This document shows, one piece after another, positions 20,105-29,810 of a stretch of DNA of 64,000 bases (within the stretch, counting starts at the first letter, position 1; each line of letters opens with the position of its first letter). Under the pieces are notes generated by a model, which saw only the letters and a program-made list of their open reading frames with translations, had not been told where the DNA came from and searched no databases. The stretch is taken from positions 181,875 to 245,874 of the IMG/VR virus record IMGVR_UViG_3300024520_000047; one strand, 5' to 3'. The position numbers were made by a program, and so were the translations under genes.

Positions 20105-20905
20105 ATGAAAGACATTACAATTTTAATACCAGTACACACTATTAATGATAAATTAGATGAATACTTTACCAACGCTATTACAAGCATTAAAACACAAAAA
20201 AGTATACCGTCAAATATTTTAATAGTTAGCTCAACAGACAATAAATTAACAACTTACCTAGACTCTTTTGACTTTGGGGATTTAAATGTAGAAATTATAA
20301 AAAATGAAGGAGATACTACATTTATGGGCCAAGTAAACTACGGAGTTAATAAAATACAAACAAAATGGTTTTCCATACTAGAATATGATGATGAATATTC
20401 AAATATATGGTTTTCTAATGTGGAAAAGCATTACGACTATTATAATGATGTGGATGTATTTTTACCCTTAGTGGTAGATGTTACGGAAGATGGTCAATTT
20501 GTTAGTTTTACAAATGAAGCTGTATGGGCTATGAATTTCAGTGACAAAATGGGTTATTTAGATAATGCATGTTTGTTAAGATACCCTAATTTCCAAACTA
20601 GTGGTATGGTTATAAATAAAGAAAAATTTGAGGATATTGGTGGGTTTAAACCATCTGTAAAATTAACTTTTGTTTATGAATTTTTATTACGTGCAACATA
20701 TAACGACCTTAAGGTTTTCACTATCCCAAAAGTAGGTTACAAACATACAAACATGCGAGAAGGCTCTTTATTTTGGGATTATCGATATACTGAAGGTACC
20801 AATAAAATAGAACCCCAAGAAGCGTCTTTTTGGATTGAAACGGCAAAAAAAGAATATTTTTTCACTACTGATAGAGGTATAACGTACACCCCAGAAGTAG
20901 TTTAA
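20105..20905 (+). CDS. GT2 family glycosyltransferase
   Basis: ITILIPV, WFSILEYDDE, FEDIGGF, YEFLLRA. Confidence 0.8.
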   Translation: MKDITILIPVHTINDKLDEYFTNAITSIKTQKSIPSNILIVSSTDNKLTTYLDSFDFGDLNVEIIKNEGDTTFMGQVNYGVNKIQTKWFSILEYDDEYSNIWFSNVEKHYDYYNDVDVFLPLVVDVTEDGQFVSFTNEAVWAMNFSDKMGYLDNACLLRYPNFQTSGMVINKEKFEDIGGFKPSVKLTFVYEFLLRATYNDLKVFTIPKVGYKHTNMREGSLFWDYRYTEGTNKIEPQEASFWIETAKKEYFFTTDRGITYTPEVV

Positions 20906-20906
20906 T

Positions 20907-21605
20907 GTGCCTAGACCTAAAAAAAATAAGATGTATTTTGGGGAACCCCAAGAACAGGCAGTACGTATGTTTTTAACTGCTCATACTTTTACTGAAAGAA
21001 ATAAAATTTATGTAGAGTATTTAAAGGACCCATTAAATAAAATGATAGATAGTATCATTAGAAGATACAAACTATATAGAAAAAATGAGGATTTTAGAGA
21101 TATCCACGCTGATGTCCTTTCATTTTTAATGACCAAAGCAGAAAAATTTAAACCAGAAAAAAATAAAAAAGCTTATTCATATTTTGGTACTATTTGTAAA
21201 AATTATTTAATGGGTCAAATAATAAAAGACCAAAAACTTCAAAATAGACATATTTCATATGAGGGGGTGTCCACTTTTTTGGAAAAAAGAGAAGACCTTA
21301 TTTATTATATGAATCAAGAACCGGCGGACCATAATAAAATTTTTGTTTCCCTGATTGATAAGATTGAATCTTTTATGTCAGAAACACTTTTAAATGAAAA
21401 TGAAATAAAAGTAGGAAGTGCTTTGATTGAAGTTTTCACAAATTATGATGAAATATTTATTCATGGTGATGGAAATAAATTTAATAAAAATTTAGTTCTA
21501 CTTAATTTAAGAGAGATGACAAATTTATCTACAAAAGAAATTAGAAATTCTCTTAAAAAATATAAAATGATATATAAGATTATATCTGAAGAACAATTAG
21601 ATTAA
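20907..21605 (+). CDS. Phage late sigma factor (T4 gp55-like), GTG start
   Basis: KFKPEKNKKAYSYFGTICKNYL resembles sigma region 2 of gp55-type factors; lacks region 4; immediately precedes structural genes. Confidence 0.65.
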   Translation: MPRPKKNKMYFGEPQEQAVRMFLTAHTFTERNKIYVEYLKDPLNKMIDSIIRRYKLYRKNEDFRDIHADVLSFLMTKAEKFKPEKNKKAYSYFGTICKNYLMGQIIKDQKLQNRHISYEGVSTFLEKREDLIYYMNQEPADHNKIFVSLIDKIESFMSETLLNENEIKVGSALIEVFTNYDEIFIHGDGNKFNKNLVLLNLREMTNLSTKEIRNSLKKYKMIYKIISEEQLD

Positions 21606-21649
21606 TAATCTTTAGCTACAGGTATTTATGGCTATAAAACTATGTAAAA

Positions 21650-22018
21650 ATGCCTAGACCGAAAAAAAAACAAATTACCCTCCAAAAAGAAAGTGTACTT
21701 GCGTTAATGCAAGAAATTTACAATGAATGTATAGAACAACGTAATACCGCTATTAGAATCCAAAATAAAATGTTAGGGTTTATGCATGGTCCAGAAGATT
21801 TACAACTTTTAGGACCTGTTATAAAAGAACAACAAAAAATTATAGATTCTACAATAGAAAAAAAAATCCAACTAACTAAAATTCAAAGTGCTTTAGCACA
21901 AAAACAACTAGGTGGTGAACTTGAACTCGGCACACTTAGTACTATAGACCGAGAAACAATACAAAATCTTATGTCTAAAGATGATGATAACACCACCCCC
22001 AATGAGTATAAAATTTAA
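21650..22018 (+). CDS. Helical coiled-coil protein, possibly small terminase-like
   Basis: 122 aa, two long predicted helices, TATTTAT at 21623-21629; function is a guess from architecture. Confidence 0.35.
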   Translation: MPRPKKKQITLQKESVLALMQEIYNECIEQRNTAIRIQNKMLGFMHGPEDLQLLGPVIKEQQKIIDSTIEKKIQLTKIQSALAQKQLGGELELGTLSTIDRETIQNLMSKDDDNTTPNEYKI

Positions 22019-23937
22019 TGGCTGTAGATGTTGAAAATAGTAAAACTGAAGGGTTAAAAAAGCTTCAAAATTTAAAAAGTACTAATGATGCTATTGATTC
22101 TCTAAATAAATTAGATGGACTCAACACATTAATGAGTTCTATTGATTCCACCAAAACAGAAGACTCCAACATGCTAGACTATTTCTTGGATTTACTTCAA
22201 ATTGTGGGGGGTCCAGATGTTGTAAAAAAATTAAGAAGTAAAACAGCTAAAGTTACTGATTCATTAGCAGAAGAATGTAAAGAAATTATATTTGAGGAAT
22301 TAATACAATTTATTAATTGTAATTTAGATTTTGTTATACCATCAGCGGATGGCATAATTAATTCAAATGTAACTACAGATGCTAATTTAATGACATTAAA
22401 GGTCAAAAGTTTAGACCCATTTTCAATGTTAAAAACAAATCCTACTAGTACTGTTGGGAAGGCTCTTTATGAAAAATTACAACCAGCCGTAGGTCAATTA
22501 CCATATTCTACAAATCAAGAATTATTTAATAGACTGCAAAACCCATTTTTACCACAAGATTATTTTGGTGCGTCTGGAGAAAGACTATTCACTATAGAGT
22601 TCGATGGGAATGACTCATATAATGTAAGACCTGTAGGGTTAGACAATACATTTGACGATAACTATATTACCACAAGTAATGATAGAAAAATAACTACCTT
22701 TTTAAGAGATTATTTTGATTCTATCAAAATATTTGAGGGACAAAATTTTTTAGCTAACTTATTAAATGCTTTATCTGGATTTTTAGATGTCCAAGTAGAT
22801 TTAAGTGGTGAAGAAGTGGAGTTAAATGGAAAATTTGGGGAAACTATAAAAAAAATATTAGGGTTATGTGGTGATGATGGTGACGGTTCTTCTGGTGCAC
22901 CAATAACCGCGTCGGGAATTGGTCATTTATCAGAAGATGGTATTTCATTAGAACCAGATAGTCCTTTCTGGGATTTTGGTCCACAAGAATTAAGAAATTT
23001 AGAAGAAGAAACAAATTTAAAATTAAAAGGTTTAATTAAATTTATTACATGTGATGACATTGAGGGTGAAATAAACATAGATGGATTAAATGGTCAAATA
23101 CTTTCAATAATAAATGAAAATAATGGTGTGGTAGAAGGTGTTAAAATAAATAACGCTATTGAAAATGTTATTAATGGTATGGGTACCGATGAAAATGATT
23201 TAGGGTTCAAATTACCTCAACTACAGGTCGAATTCGATTTAAACATTTTAAAAAAATTACCACAAATACTAGTAAGTCTCATCTTAACACCAAAAATCTT
23301 ACTGGGTATTGGAATTGCTTTAAAAGCTGTTGGTGAATTTTTCGAAACCAATGATATTATGGAATTAGTTAAGAAATTCTCTCGCCTCATAGTAAAAATA
23401 GTAAAAAGAATATTCAAACTTATAATTGAACTTATCTGGGAAGAAATTAAAAAGATGATAATACAATTAGTTCAAAAAATATTAGCAGAGGTTATAAATG
23501 AAAAACAAGCAAAACAATTAGCTATTATTTCTTCACTTATTCAAACACTATTAGCTGCTACTGATATCATAGATAATTTAAATAATTGTAGAAGTATTTT
23601 AGATACACTATTAAAATACTTAAAAATTCCACCAATACCTAGTGTAGATGTACCCAAAAATTTATTATTCGCATCTGCTTCTAGACCAGGTTTTAGTGAT
23701 GTTAGGGCATTCCAAAATGTATTAGAGAATTTACAAACAGCAGGCATAAATACAGAACCCCACGCTGACGGGTCAACTAATCAAACAGTAGTAATGTTAT
23801 ATAATGCCATAAAGGGAGTAGAAAAAGAAAGAACTGAAAATTCTGTAGTTAAAGTAGCTACATATGCTCAAAATGTACAAACTTCTGGGGGACCCGGTGT
23901 AACAGAAACTGGAACAGGTACAGGTGTAATTGTTTAA
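22018..23937 (+). CDS. Large hypothetical virion (baseplate/tail region) protein
   Basis: 639-aa ORF in late operon upstream of gp5-like gene. Confidence 0.55.
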   Translation: MAVDVENSKTEGLKKLQNLKSTNDAIDSLNKLDGLNTLMSSIDSTKTEDSNMLDYFLDLLQIVGGPDVVKKLRSKTAKVTDSLAEECKEIIFEELIQFINCNLDFVIPSADGIINSNVTTDANLMTLKVKSLDPFSMLKTNPTSTVGKALYEKLQPAVGQLPYSTNQELFNRLQNPFLPQDYFGASGERLFTIEFDGNDSYNVRPVGLDNTFDDNYITTSNDRKITTFLRDYFDSIKIFEGQNFLANLLNALSGFLDVQVDLSGEEVELNGKFGETIKKILGLCGDDGDGSSGAPITASGIGHLSEDGISLEPDSPFWDFGPQELRNLEEETNLKLKGLIKFITCDDIEGEINIDGLNGQILSIINENNGVVEGVKINNAIENVINGMGTDENDLGFKLPQLQVEFDLNILKKLPQILVSLILTPKILLGIGIALKAVGEFFETNDIMELVKKFSRLIVKIVKRIFKLIIELIWEEIKKMIIQLVQKILAEVINEKQAKQLAIISSLIQTLLAATDIIDNLNNCRSILDTLLKYLKIPPIPSVDVPKNLLFASASRPGFSDVRAFQNVLENLQTAGINTEPHADGSTNQTVVMLYNAIKGVEKERTENSVVKVATYAQNVQTSGGPGVTETGTGTGVIV

Positions 23938-23939
23938 AG

Positions 23940-24131
23940 ATGGATTTAAAAGAAACAATAGAAAATTATAAAAAAGCGTCAAATCAAGATTTGTATAATG
24001 TATTAGCTTTTCTTAAAGAGCGCTTTGAAAGTGACAAAAAACGTGTGGTCGAAATAACACATCAAATAGATGCTATAGAAAAAGACTATAATAAATTATA
24101 TGCGGAGTATAAAAAAAGATTAAATGGCTAA
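23940..24131 (+). CDS. Small coiled-coil hypothetical protein
   Basis: 63-aa ORF coupled to both neighbours. Confidence 0.6.
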   Translation: MDLKETIENYKKASNQDLYNVLAFLKERFESDKKRVVEITHQIDAIEKDYNKLYAEYKKRLNG

Positions 24132-25794
24132 TAAGGTTATATATTTTGGTGTTTGTGTGGATAATCAAGACCCAGCATTATCTGGAAGAATTCGTGCTGT
24201 ATTAGATTCTAACTGGGAAGGAAAAACACCAAAAGATTATGATGCCGACCAATTAGAGGCATTACTCTCTACAGAAGCGGGTAATCCTGATTTAATTAAA
24301 AAATATGGGTCTGGAGAGAGTGGTGTACAAAAACTTAAATGGTCTGAAAATGACCCACATTTGTGTTCTCCTTTTCTTCCTGCTTTTATTAATATAATTC
24401 CACAAACAAATGAAAATGTTAAAATAATTCTATATGACCCAGATAATCCTACACAAAATAAGGAATATGTCGGTCCTAGTATTTCTAGTCCTAGTAACTA
24501 CCCATACCAACAATTTGCAGGGGGCAGACAAGGAACATCTAAAGGAAATAGGGTAAAACGAGACCAAAATATAACAGATTCAGATATATCTACAAATACA
24601 TTTGCTTATCCCGATAAAATAGCTTTAGATGGAAGAAATAATTCCGATTTAATATTTGGTGATTCTGAAGTATTATTACGTGCAGGAAAATTTATCTCAA
24701 ATCCCAAAACCCCAGAATTTCCAGTATTTAACCCACAAATGTCTACACTACAAATAACTAACTATCCCAGTAAACTTACTTTAGAAGAAAAAGAAATAAC
24801 TAAAGAAATCGTCGAAGAAGTGGATATAAAATATTTGGTGGAATATGAAATATTTAATTTAGAGTCAGAAACTACATTTGATGGGAAAATCACACTATAT
24901 GAAATTTTAAGTAACCCACCATTAGTTTCATTACCTACTAGTGTTGGGGTAGGACTAACTACAGAAATTTATAATACCAAAGCACGGGTTACACTAAATT
25001 TCCAATCCCAATTTGTAAGTGGTGCTACCTACCTTATAGATAATTTTTTAAATGAGGTTGATGGGAGAGATAACACATCATTAAAAACTGGACCATTTGA
25101 GGGTATTAATTGGACAAAGAGTGCCGGTGATGGTGACGACATAATTAATATTGGTACATCAGCATCCAGTGACGAAGCTCTTAATCTATACCCCTTTTAT
25201 TTTAGACCCTCACTTGAATTTCAAAAAGAATTAGATGTGGTAAACCCTAACGATAGTGGTGTTGTACAGGAAAGGAAAAAATTAAATGCACAACAATTTA
25301 CAAAAGATATTAGATTAATAGGTGTGAATGGAGACAAACACTATGGTTTAAAAATATCCAGAGACCAGTCTACTAATGAGATAAAAAAGGAGACTACTAA
25401 AATCGATGAAGCGAAATTGGATGAGACCACAAGAGAAGGGATTATAAATGCTATTAGTAATAAAATTTTATTATACTCTCATGATAGTAGTATTGCCGAT
25501 AAAGAAAAAAGAAACCCATTAGTAGAAAACACTAATAACGCTCCAAGTGGTGACAATATGGGTGTGGACCAAAAAACTCAGATAACCCTCAATGATAAAG
25601 AAATGGAACCTGTGGTAAGAGGTGACCAATTAGTTAAAGTTTTAACTATGATAGTGGACTATCTGGGAAAACATGAACATGGTTTACCAGGAACAGCACC
25701 ATTTAATGAAACTAAATCTGGACCAACACTAAAAGAAGTGGAAAAAATATTACAAGATAAGAATTTTCTTAATCAGAATATAAGAATCAACTAG
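24124..25794 (+). CDS. Baseplate hub/spike protein (gp5/VgrG-like OB fold plus C-terminal spike)
   Basis: N-terminal GVCVDNQDPALSGRIRA OB-fold motif; C-terminal PVVRGDQL...HEH...GTAP with HxH metal motif. Confidence 0.7.
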   Translation: MANKVIYFGVCVDNQDPALSGRIRAVLDSNWEGKTPKDYDADQLEALLSTEAGNPDLIKKYGSGESGVQKLKWSENDPHLCSPFLPAFINIIPQTNENVKIILYDPDNPTQNKEYVGPSISSPSNYPYQQFAGGRQGTSKGNRVKRDQNITDSDISTNTFAYPDKIALDGRNNSDLIFGDSEVLLRAGKFISNPKTPEFPVFNPQMSTLQITNYPSKLTLEEKEITKEIVEEVDIKYLVEYEIFNLESETTFDGKITLYEILSNPPLVSLPTSVGVGLTTEIYNTKARVTLNFQSQFVSGATYLIDNFLNEVDGRDNTSLKTGPFEGINWTKSAGDGDDIINIGTSASSDEALNLYPFYFRPSLEFQKELDVVNPNDSGVVQERKKLNAQQFTKDIRLIGVNGDKHYGLKISRDQSTNEIKKETTKIDEAKLDETTREGIINAISNKILLYSHDSSIADKEKRNPLVENTNNAPSGDNMGVDQKTQITLNDKEMEPVVRGDQLVKVLTMIVDYLGKHEHGLPGTAPFNETKSGPTLKEVEKILQDKNFLNQNIRIN

Positions 25795-25819
25795 ATATTT
25801 ATAATTAAAGAAAAAAGTA

Positions 25820-27373
25820 ATGAGTAATCATAAGTCCTATTTTAGTAAAAATAACACCCTTATTTGTTTTAGTGAAACCAATACTGCAAAAAATCCAGTC
25901 ACTGAAATTTTTTACGGTGGAAACGCGTCACGTTATATTTGTCAACCTACAGGCATAAGTACAGATATATGTTTAAATGAAAATGGTGTAGCTATTACTG
26001 GACATACAAGAATTAGGATAAATAATTCTTTTAGTCGTTTCATATTTGATTTAGACATCACAGATTTAAAAGAGAAGGTTGGGGATAGGACTATCATTTT
26101 ATCTGGCGGATGTGGTAATTCTGCTACAACACATACATTAAGAATGGTGAATACTTCATTTTTTGATAAGGAACTACTAAATACATTAACATCTAAAAAT
26201 TCCAGAAGAGCGACCTCGTTCCAACTTGTTTTAGTAAAATTAACTGGAACAACAACTGGTGGTGACTGGTCTGAAGGTGTGGGTTATGACTATACAGACC
26301 AATCTAGTGACTTTGAGGGATTAAATGATAAATCTTATTCTGAAAGACCGAGTAACTGGTACGAAGCTACGACATTAGAGTCATGGAATTGTGATGGTGG
26401 ATATACGTGGAATACTTGTTCACCATCTATAATAGACACCCAAACCTTTGATAATGGTAATGAGAATATCGAATTTGATATGACCTCAGAAATTAATTCC
26501 AGATTATCAACAACCGCATCAACAGGATACGCAATTGGTTTTGTGGAAGGATTAGAGAACCTAACAGGGTTAACTGAGAGTTATTCCGTTGGGTTTTTTA
26601 CTAAATACACTCAAACATTTTTTGAACCATATCTTGATACTAACTATCATGATTATATTGACGACTCTCGTTCATTTTTCTATGAAGGGAAAACTAACTG
26701 TTTATACCTATATGTGAATGCTGGTGGATTACCGGTAAATTTAGACTCTCTACCGACCGTTGAAATTAGAGATAATAGTGGAACATTACTTAACACTTTA
26801 ACCGCTTCACAGGTCACCAAAGGAATATATTGTGTATGTTTTTCCATACCTTGTGATACCTACAGTACCCCGTGTTTATTTAATGATGTTTGGTCTAATA
26901 TTGTTATTGCTGGAGTTTGTCAAAGCTCAGTTACAAATAAATTCACATTAAGAGCTAATGAAGAATATTTTAATATTGGTACTAATGCTGGGTTACCACA
27001 AAAGTATGGGTATTCAGTTTCTGGTATTAAAAGAGACGAAAAAATAGTTAATGGTGATATTAGAAAAGTTATTGTGTCTGTAAGAAAAGAATATAGTACT
27101 GATGTCCCAGTAGCTGTTACAAATATAAAATACCGACTCTATGTAAAACAAGGTACTACAGAAGTAGAGACCACTCCATGGACAAATGTTAACAGAGCAT
27201 ATAACCAAAATTATTTTACTGTGGACACTGGCGACATGATACCTAATGAATATTATTTAGACATTCAAGCTGTTTCTAATCTAGAAGTGAACACATATTT
27301 TCAAACCTTAAAATTCCAAGTAGTTAATCAAGCTAATTATTTTGGTAACCCACCAGCAGATTATCGCCAATAA
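25820..27373 (+). CDS. Virion structural protein (beta-rich, Cys-containing)
   Basis: 517-aa ORF; TATTTAT at 25796-25802; Thr/Gly/Cys-rich like other structural genes here. Confidence 0.6.
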   Translation: MSNHKSYFSKNNTLICFSETNTAKNPVTEIFYGGNASRYICQPTGISTDICLNENGVAITGHTRIRINNSFSRFIFDLDITDLKEKVGDRTIILSGGCGNSATTHTLRMVNTSFFDKELLNTLTSKNSRRATSFQLVLVKLTGTTTGGDWSEGVGYDYTDQSSDFEGLNDKSYSERPSNWYEATTLESWNCDGGYTWNTCSPSIIDTQTFDNGNENIEFDMTSEINSRLSTTASTGYAIGFVEGLENLTGLTESYSVGFFTKYTQTFFEPYLDTNYHDYIDDSRSFFYEGKTNCLYLYVNAGGLPVNLDSLPTVEIRDNSGTLLNTLTASQVTKGIYCVCFSIPCDTYSTPCLFNDVWSNIVIAGVCQSSVTNKFTLRANEEYFNIGTNAGLPQKYGYSVSGIKRDEKIVNGDIRKVIVSVRKEYSTDVPVAVTNIKYRLYVKQGTTEVETTPWTNVNRAYNQNYFTVDTGDMIPNEYYLDIQAVSNLEVNTYFQTLKFQVVNQANYFGNPPADYRQ

Positions 27374-27374
27374 A

Positions 27375-27406
27375 TTTGGTAACTAATATTTTTTTTATTA
27401 TCTTTG
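27375..27406 (+). promoter_or_regulatory. Bacteroidota sigma-A type promoter
   Basis: TTTG-N20-TATCTTTG, perfect match to -33/-7 consensus. Confidence 0.8.
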
Positions 27407-27432
27407 TAGTATAAACTTAAAATACTATAACA

Positions 27433-27927
27433 ATGAAAAAAACAATTCTATTATTATTAACGATTTCTTTCAATATCATTTCCTACGCACAAACAGATTT
27501 GGATGTTTTATTATATTATAAAATCTGTGAATATAGAACTGAAAACGACCTTCCGTGTTGGGAATGGGATGAAAAAGCTTGGAAAGTAGCAAAAAGTCAT
27601 TCCGAATATCAAAGTCAAACTGGGTATATGGGGCATGATGGTGGGTCTAAAATTAGACGTTATGCTGGACAACGATTTACATATTATAACTTTGAATGGT
27701 CTTATGTTGGTGAAAATTGTGCTGTAGCTGATAGTAAAGGAATGGAAATGATGGAAATAGCAGATAGAATAATGGTTCTTTGGAAGGCTTCCCCATCCCA
27801 CAATAAATTACTTCTCTCCACCAATGCACGATTTGCGGGTGTAAGTTGTGTTAAAGGTACAGACTATAAATGGTCTAGTAATTATTATTATTGGACATAC
27901 GCCACACTTAATATATATAGGCAATAA
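27433..27927 (+). CDS. Secreted CAP/SCP-domain protein
   Basis: Signal peptide MKKTILLLLTISFNIISYA; HSEY...GH, GENCA, WKASPSHNKLLL. Confidence 0.8.
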   Translation: MKKTILLLLTISFNIISYAQTDLDVLLYYKICEYRTENDLPCWEWDEKAWKVAKSHSEYQSQTGYMGHDGGSKIRRYAGQRFTYYNFEWSYVGENCAVADSKGMEMMEIADRIMVLWKASPSHNKLLLSTNARFAGVSCVKGTDYKWSSNYYYWTYATLNIYRQ

Positions 27928-27955
27928 AAAAACCCCTCTTTAGGAGGGGTTTTTT
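27926..27955. terminator. Bidirectional rho-independent terminator
   Basis: AAAAAAACCCCTC-TTTAG-GAGGGGTTTTTT between convergent CAP and capsid genes. Confidence 0.9.
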
Positions 27956-27973
27956 ATTATAGATAAAGTTAGA

Positions 27974-29770
27974 TTATCTCAACTCTCTGATATCGAAAGT
28001 TCTTACACCATCTACTGTGATTGCTCCGTAGAATCTGTTGTTAACCACTTTCTTCGCGTATCTGGTCATGATACCTTTGATAGGTGCGAAGTTGAATGGA
28101 TTATACATCGTTGGTGTTAACTGAAGTGGTACATATGGTGCGTATACATATCCAGTATCAAGTAGAGATGTTCCTTTGTGTCCGATTAATATCTTATTAG
28201 CCGGGAAGTAAGGGTCTCTATATACTGTGTAACGTCCACTTAATGAACCTACTTTTTCAATACCCATGTTGTATTGGTCTTGTTCTGGTGCTGCGTTTGA
28301 CACGTGGAAGTATTCCAAATCGTCAAATATTGCAGATACCTCTGAAGAACATACAATCCAGTTAGCCCCACCTCTTAGTGTAGACTTGTGGATTTGAGCG
28401 GAAATTTGGTTGATTGCGGTAATCAGGGTTTGGTTCCAATCTTTTTGAGTATATGGAGCCTGACCAGCTGTAAACCTTTTCCAACCATTATAATCCCACC
28501 TTAATGTCCAAGATGCGGCAGCTCTTAGGTCTCTTAAGATTTCCCTGTCAATTTCTGCAGCGATTTCTTCAGATAATAGAGCTGTCAATTCAGCTTCGGC
28601 ATCAATGTTGTGGAATGCACTAACATCTTGTGCTAATTCTGGTGACCATTGTGCTCTTAATTTTCTTTCTGTCACTGAAACAGTTACTGCTTCAAGGTCG
28701 AAAGAAACTTCAGCCAATTCAGTTTCAAATTCAAGGTCTTGGTAGATTCTATAAGTTCCACTGAATACTGGTGCGACACCACCTGGTATATTTATTCCCA
28801 TGTAACCATCAGGTGAATTACAATCTATACAAGCGGGACATGTTAAATCCAGTTCAATAAAGATTACACCGTTTGAGTCACAAATATCGTGGAATGACCC
28901 ACCAGGGAATACAGTTGAGGTAGTTGTACCATATTGTACAATTCCAGAACCATATTTTTGAGTAACTACCCTAAATGGAATATGTGTTGTGTTTGCTACA
29001 ATATGTGTTTTACCTGTAGCGGCACAACAAGCTAAATCCGCACTGGAAGTGTAAATCAATCCAGATAAGAATTCTTCAGTATCCATTTCATTACCATTTG
29101 GTCCAATCAATTTTCCAGCTCCTGCGTTAGAGAAACCTCCCATTGAGAGAATTACACTTCGTAAACCACCATCAGTACAACCTGTAACGCCAGCTGCTTG
29201 TGCAGCAGCAACGATAGTCGAATCGATAAGTGTGTTACCCGTACTCCATGCTTGAACTGTAGTAGTTCTAGTTACAGCAGAAAAAGCTCCTTTTGACCTG
29301 TCGAATAACCCACCACCTGGTTGGTCTTCGTAAAATTGGTCATAAAGGTCAATTGGTGAGAATGTTGTATTATCATTCGCAAAAGCACCACCCACTGGGT
29401 TAGTGTGCTCTTCTAGACCTGCAATGTTTGTTCTTTCAGAAATTTTAGGTACAAAGTAGAACAATTTACCAATTGGTAAGTTCATAGCTTGTACAGAAAC
29501 GATATCGTTTGCCAATAATTTTGAGAATACTCTCCTAATGATTGGAAAAACAACCGTTTCAAATGAACCTGAAGCGTCAGCTGTTGTAGCCTCGTTAATC
29601 AGGTGTGTTGCTTGGTTTTCGTATAACTGGGCAATGTTTTCTCTTTCGTGACCTTTAAGTCCCGCAAGGAATCCAAGCTTGTCCCATTTTCCTATGGTAT
29701 CTTCGCGAATAACTTTCAGGTGTTTTAACCCTATGTTACCGACCATACCAGATTCTAATAATGCTCCCAT
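27974..29770 (-). CDS. gp23: Major capsid protein (T4 gp23-like) with Cys-rich insertion
   Basis: VSVQAMNLPIGKLFY, VTVSVTERKLRAQWSPELAQD, LSEEIAAEIDREI, YAPYVPL, GIMTRYA. Confidence 0.96.
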   Translation of the reverse strand: MGALLESGMVGNIGLKHLKVIREDTIGKWDKLGFLAGLKGHERENIAQLYENQATHLINEATTADASGSFETVVFPIIRRVFSKLLANDIVSVQAMNLPIGKLFYFVPKISERTNIAGLEEHTNPVGGAFANDNTTFSPIDLYDQFYEDQPGGGLFDRSKGAFSAVTRTTTVQAWSTGNTLIDSTIVAAAQAAGVTGCTDGGLRSVILSMGGFSNAGAGKLIGPNGNEMDTEEFLSGLIYTSSADLACCAATGKTHIVANTTHIPFRVVTQKYGSGIVQYGTTTSTVFPGGSFHDICDSNGVIFIELDLTCPACIDCNSPDGYMGINIPGGVAPVFSGTYRIYQDLEFETELAEVSFDLEAVTVSVTERKLRAQWSPELAQDVSAFHNIDAEAELTALLSEEIAAEIDREILRDLRAAASWTLRWDYNGWKRFTAGQAPYTQKDWNQTLITAINQISAQIHKSTLRGGANWIVCSSEVSAIFDDLEYFHVSNAAPEQDQYNMGIEKVGSLSGRYTVYRDPYFPANKILIGHKGTSLLDTGYVYAPYVPLQLTPTMYNPFNFAPIKGIMTRYAKKVVNNRFYGAITVDGVRTFDIRELR

Positions 29771-29810
29771 TTTAATTTTATTTTTTTTTTGTAAGCGTTT
29801 ATTTAATTTA

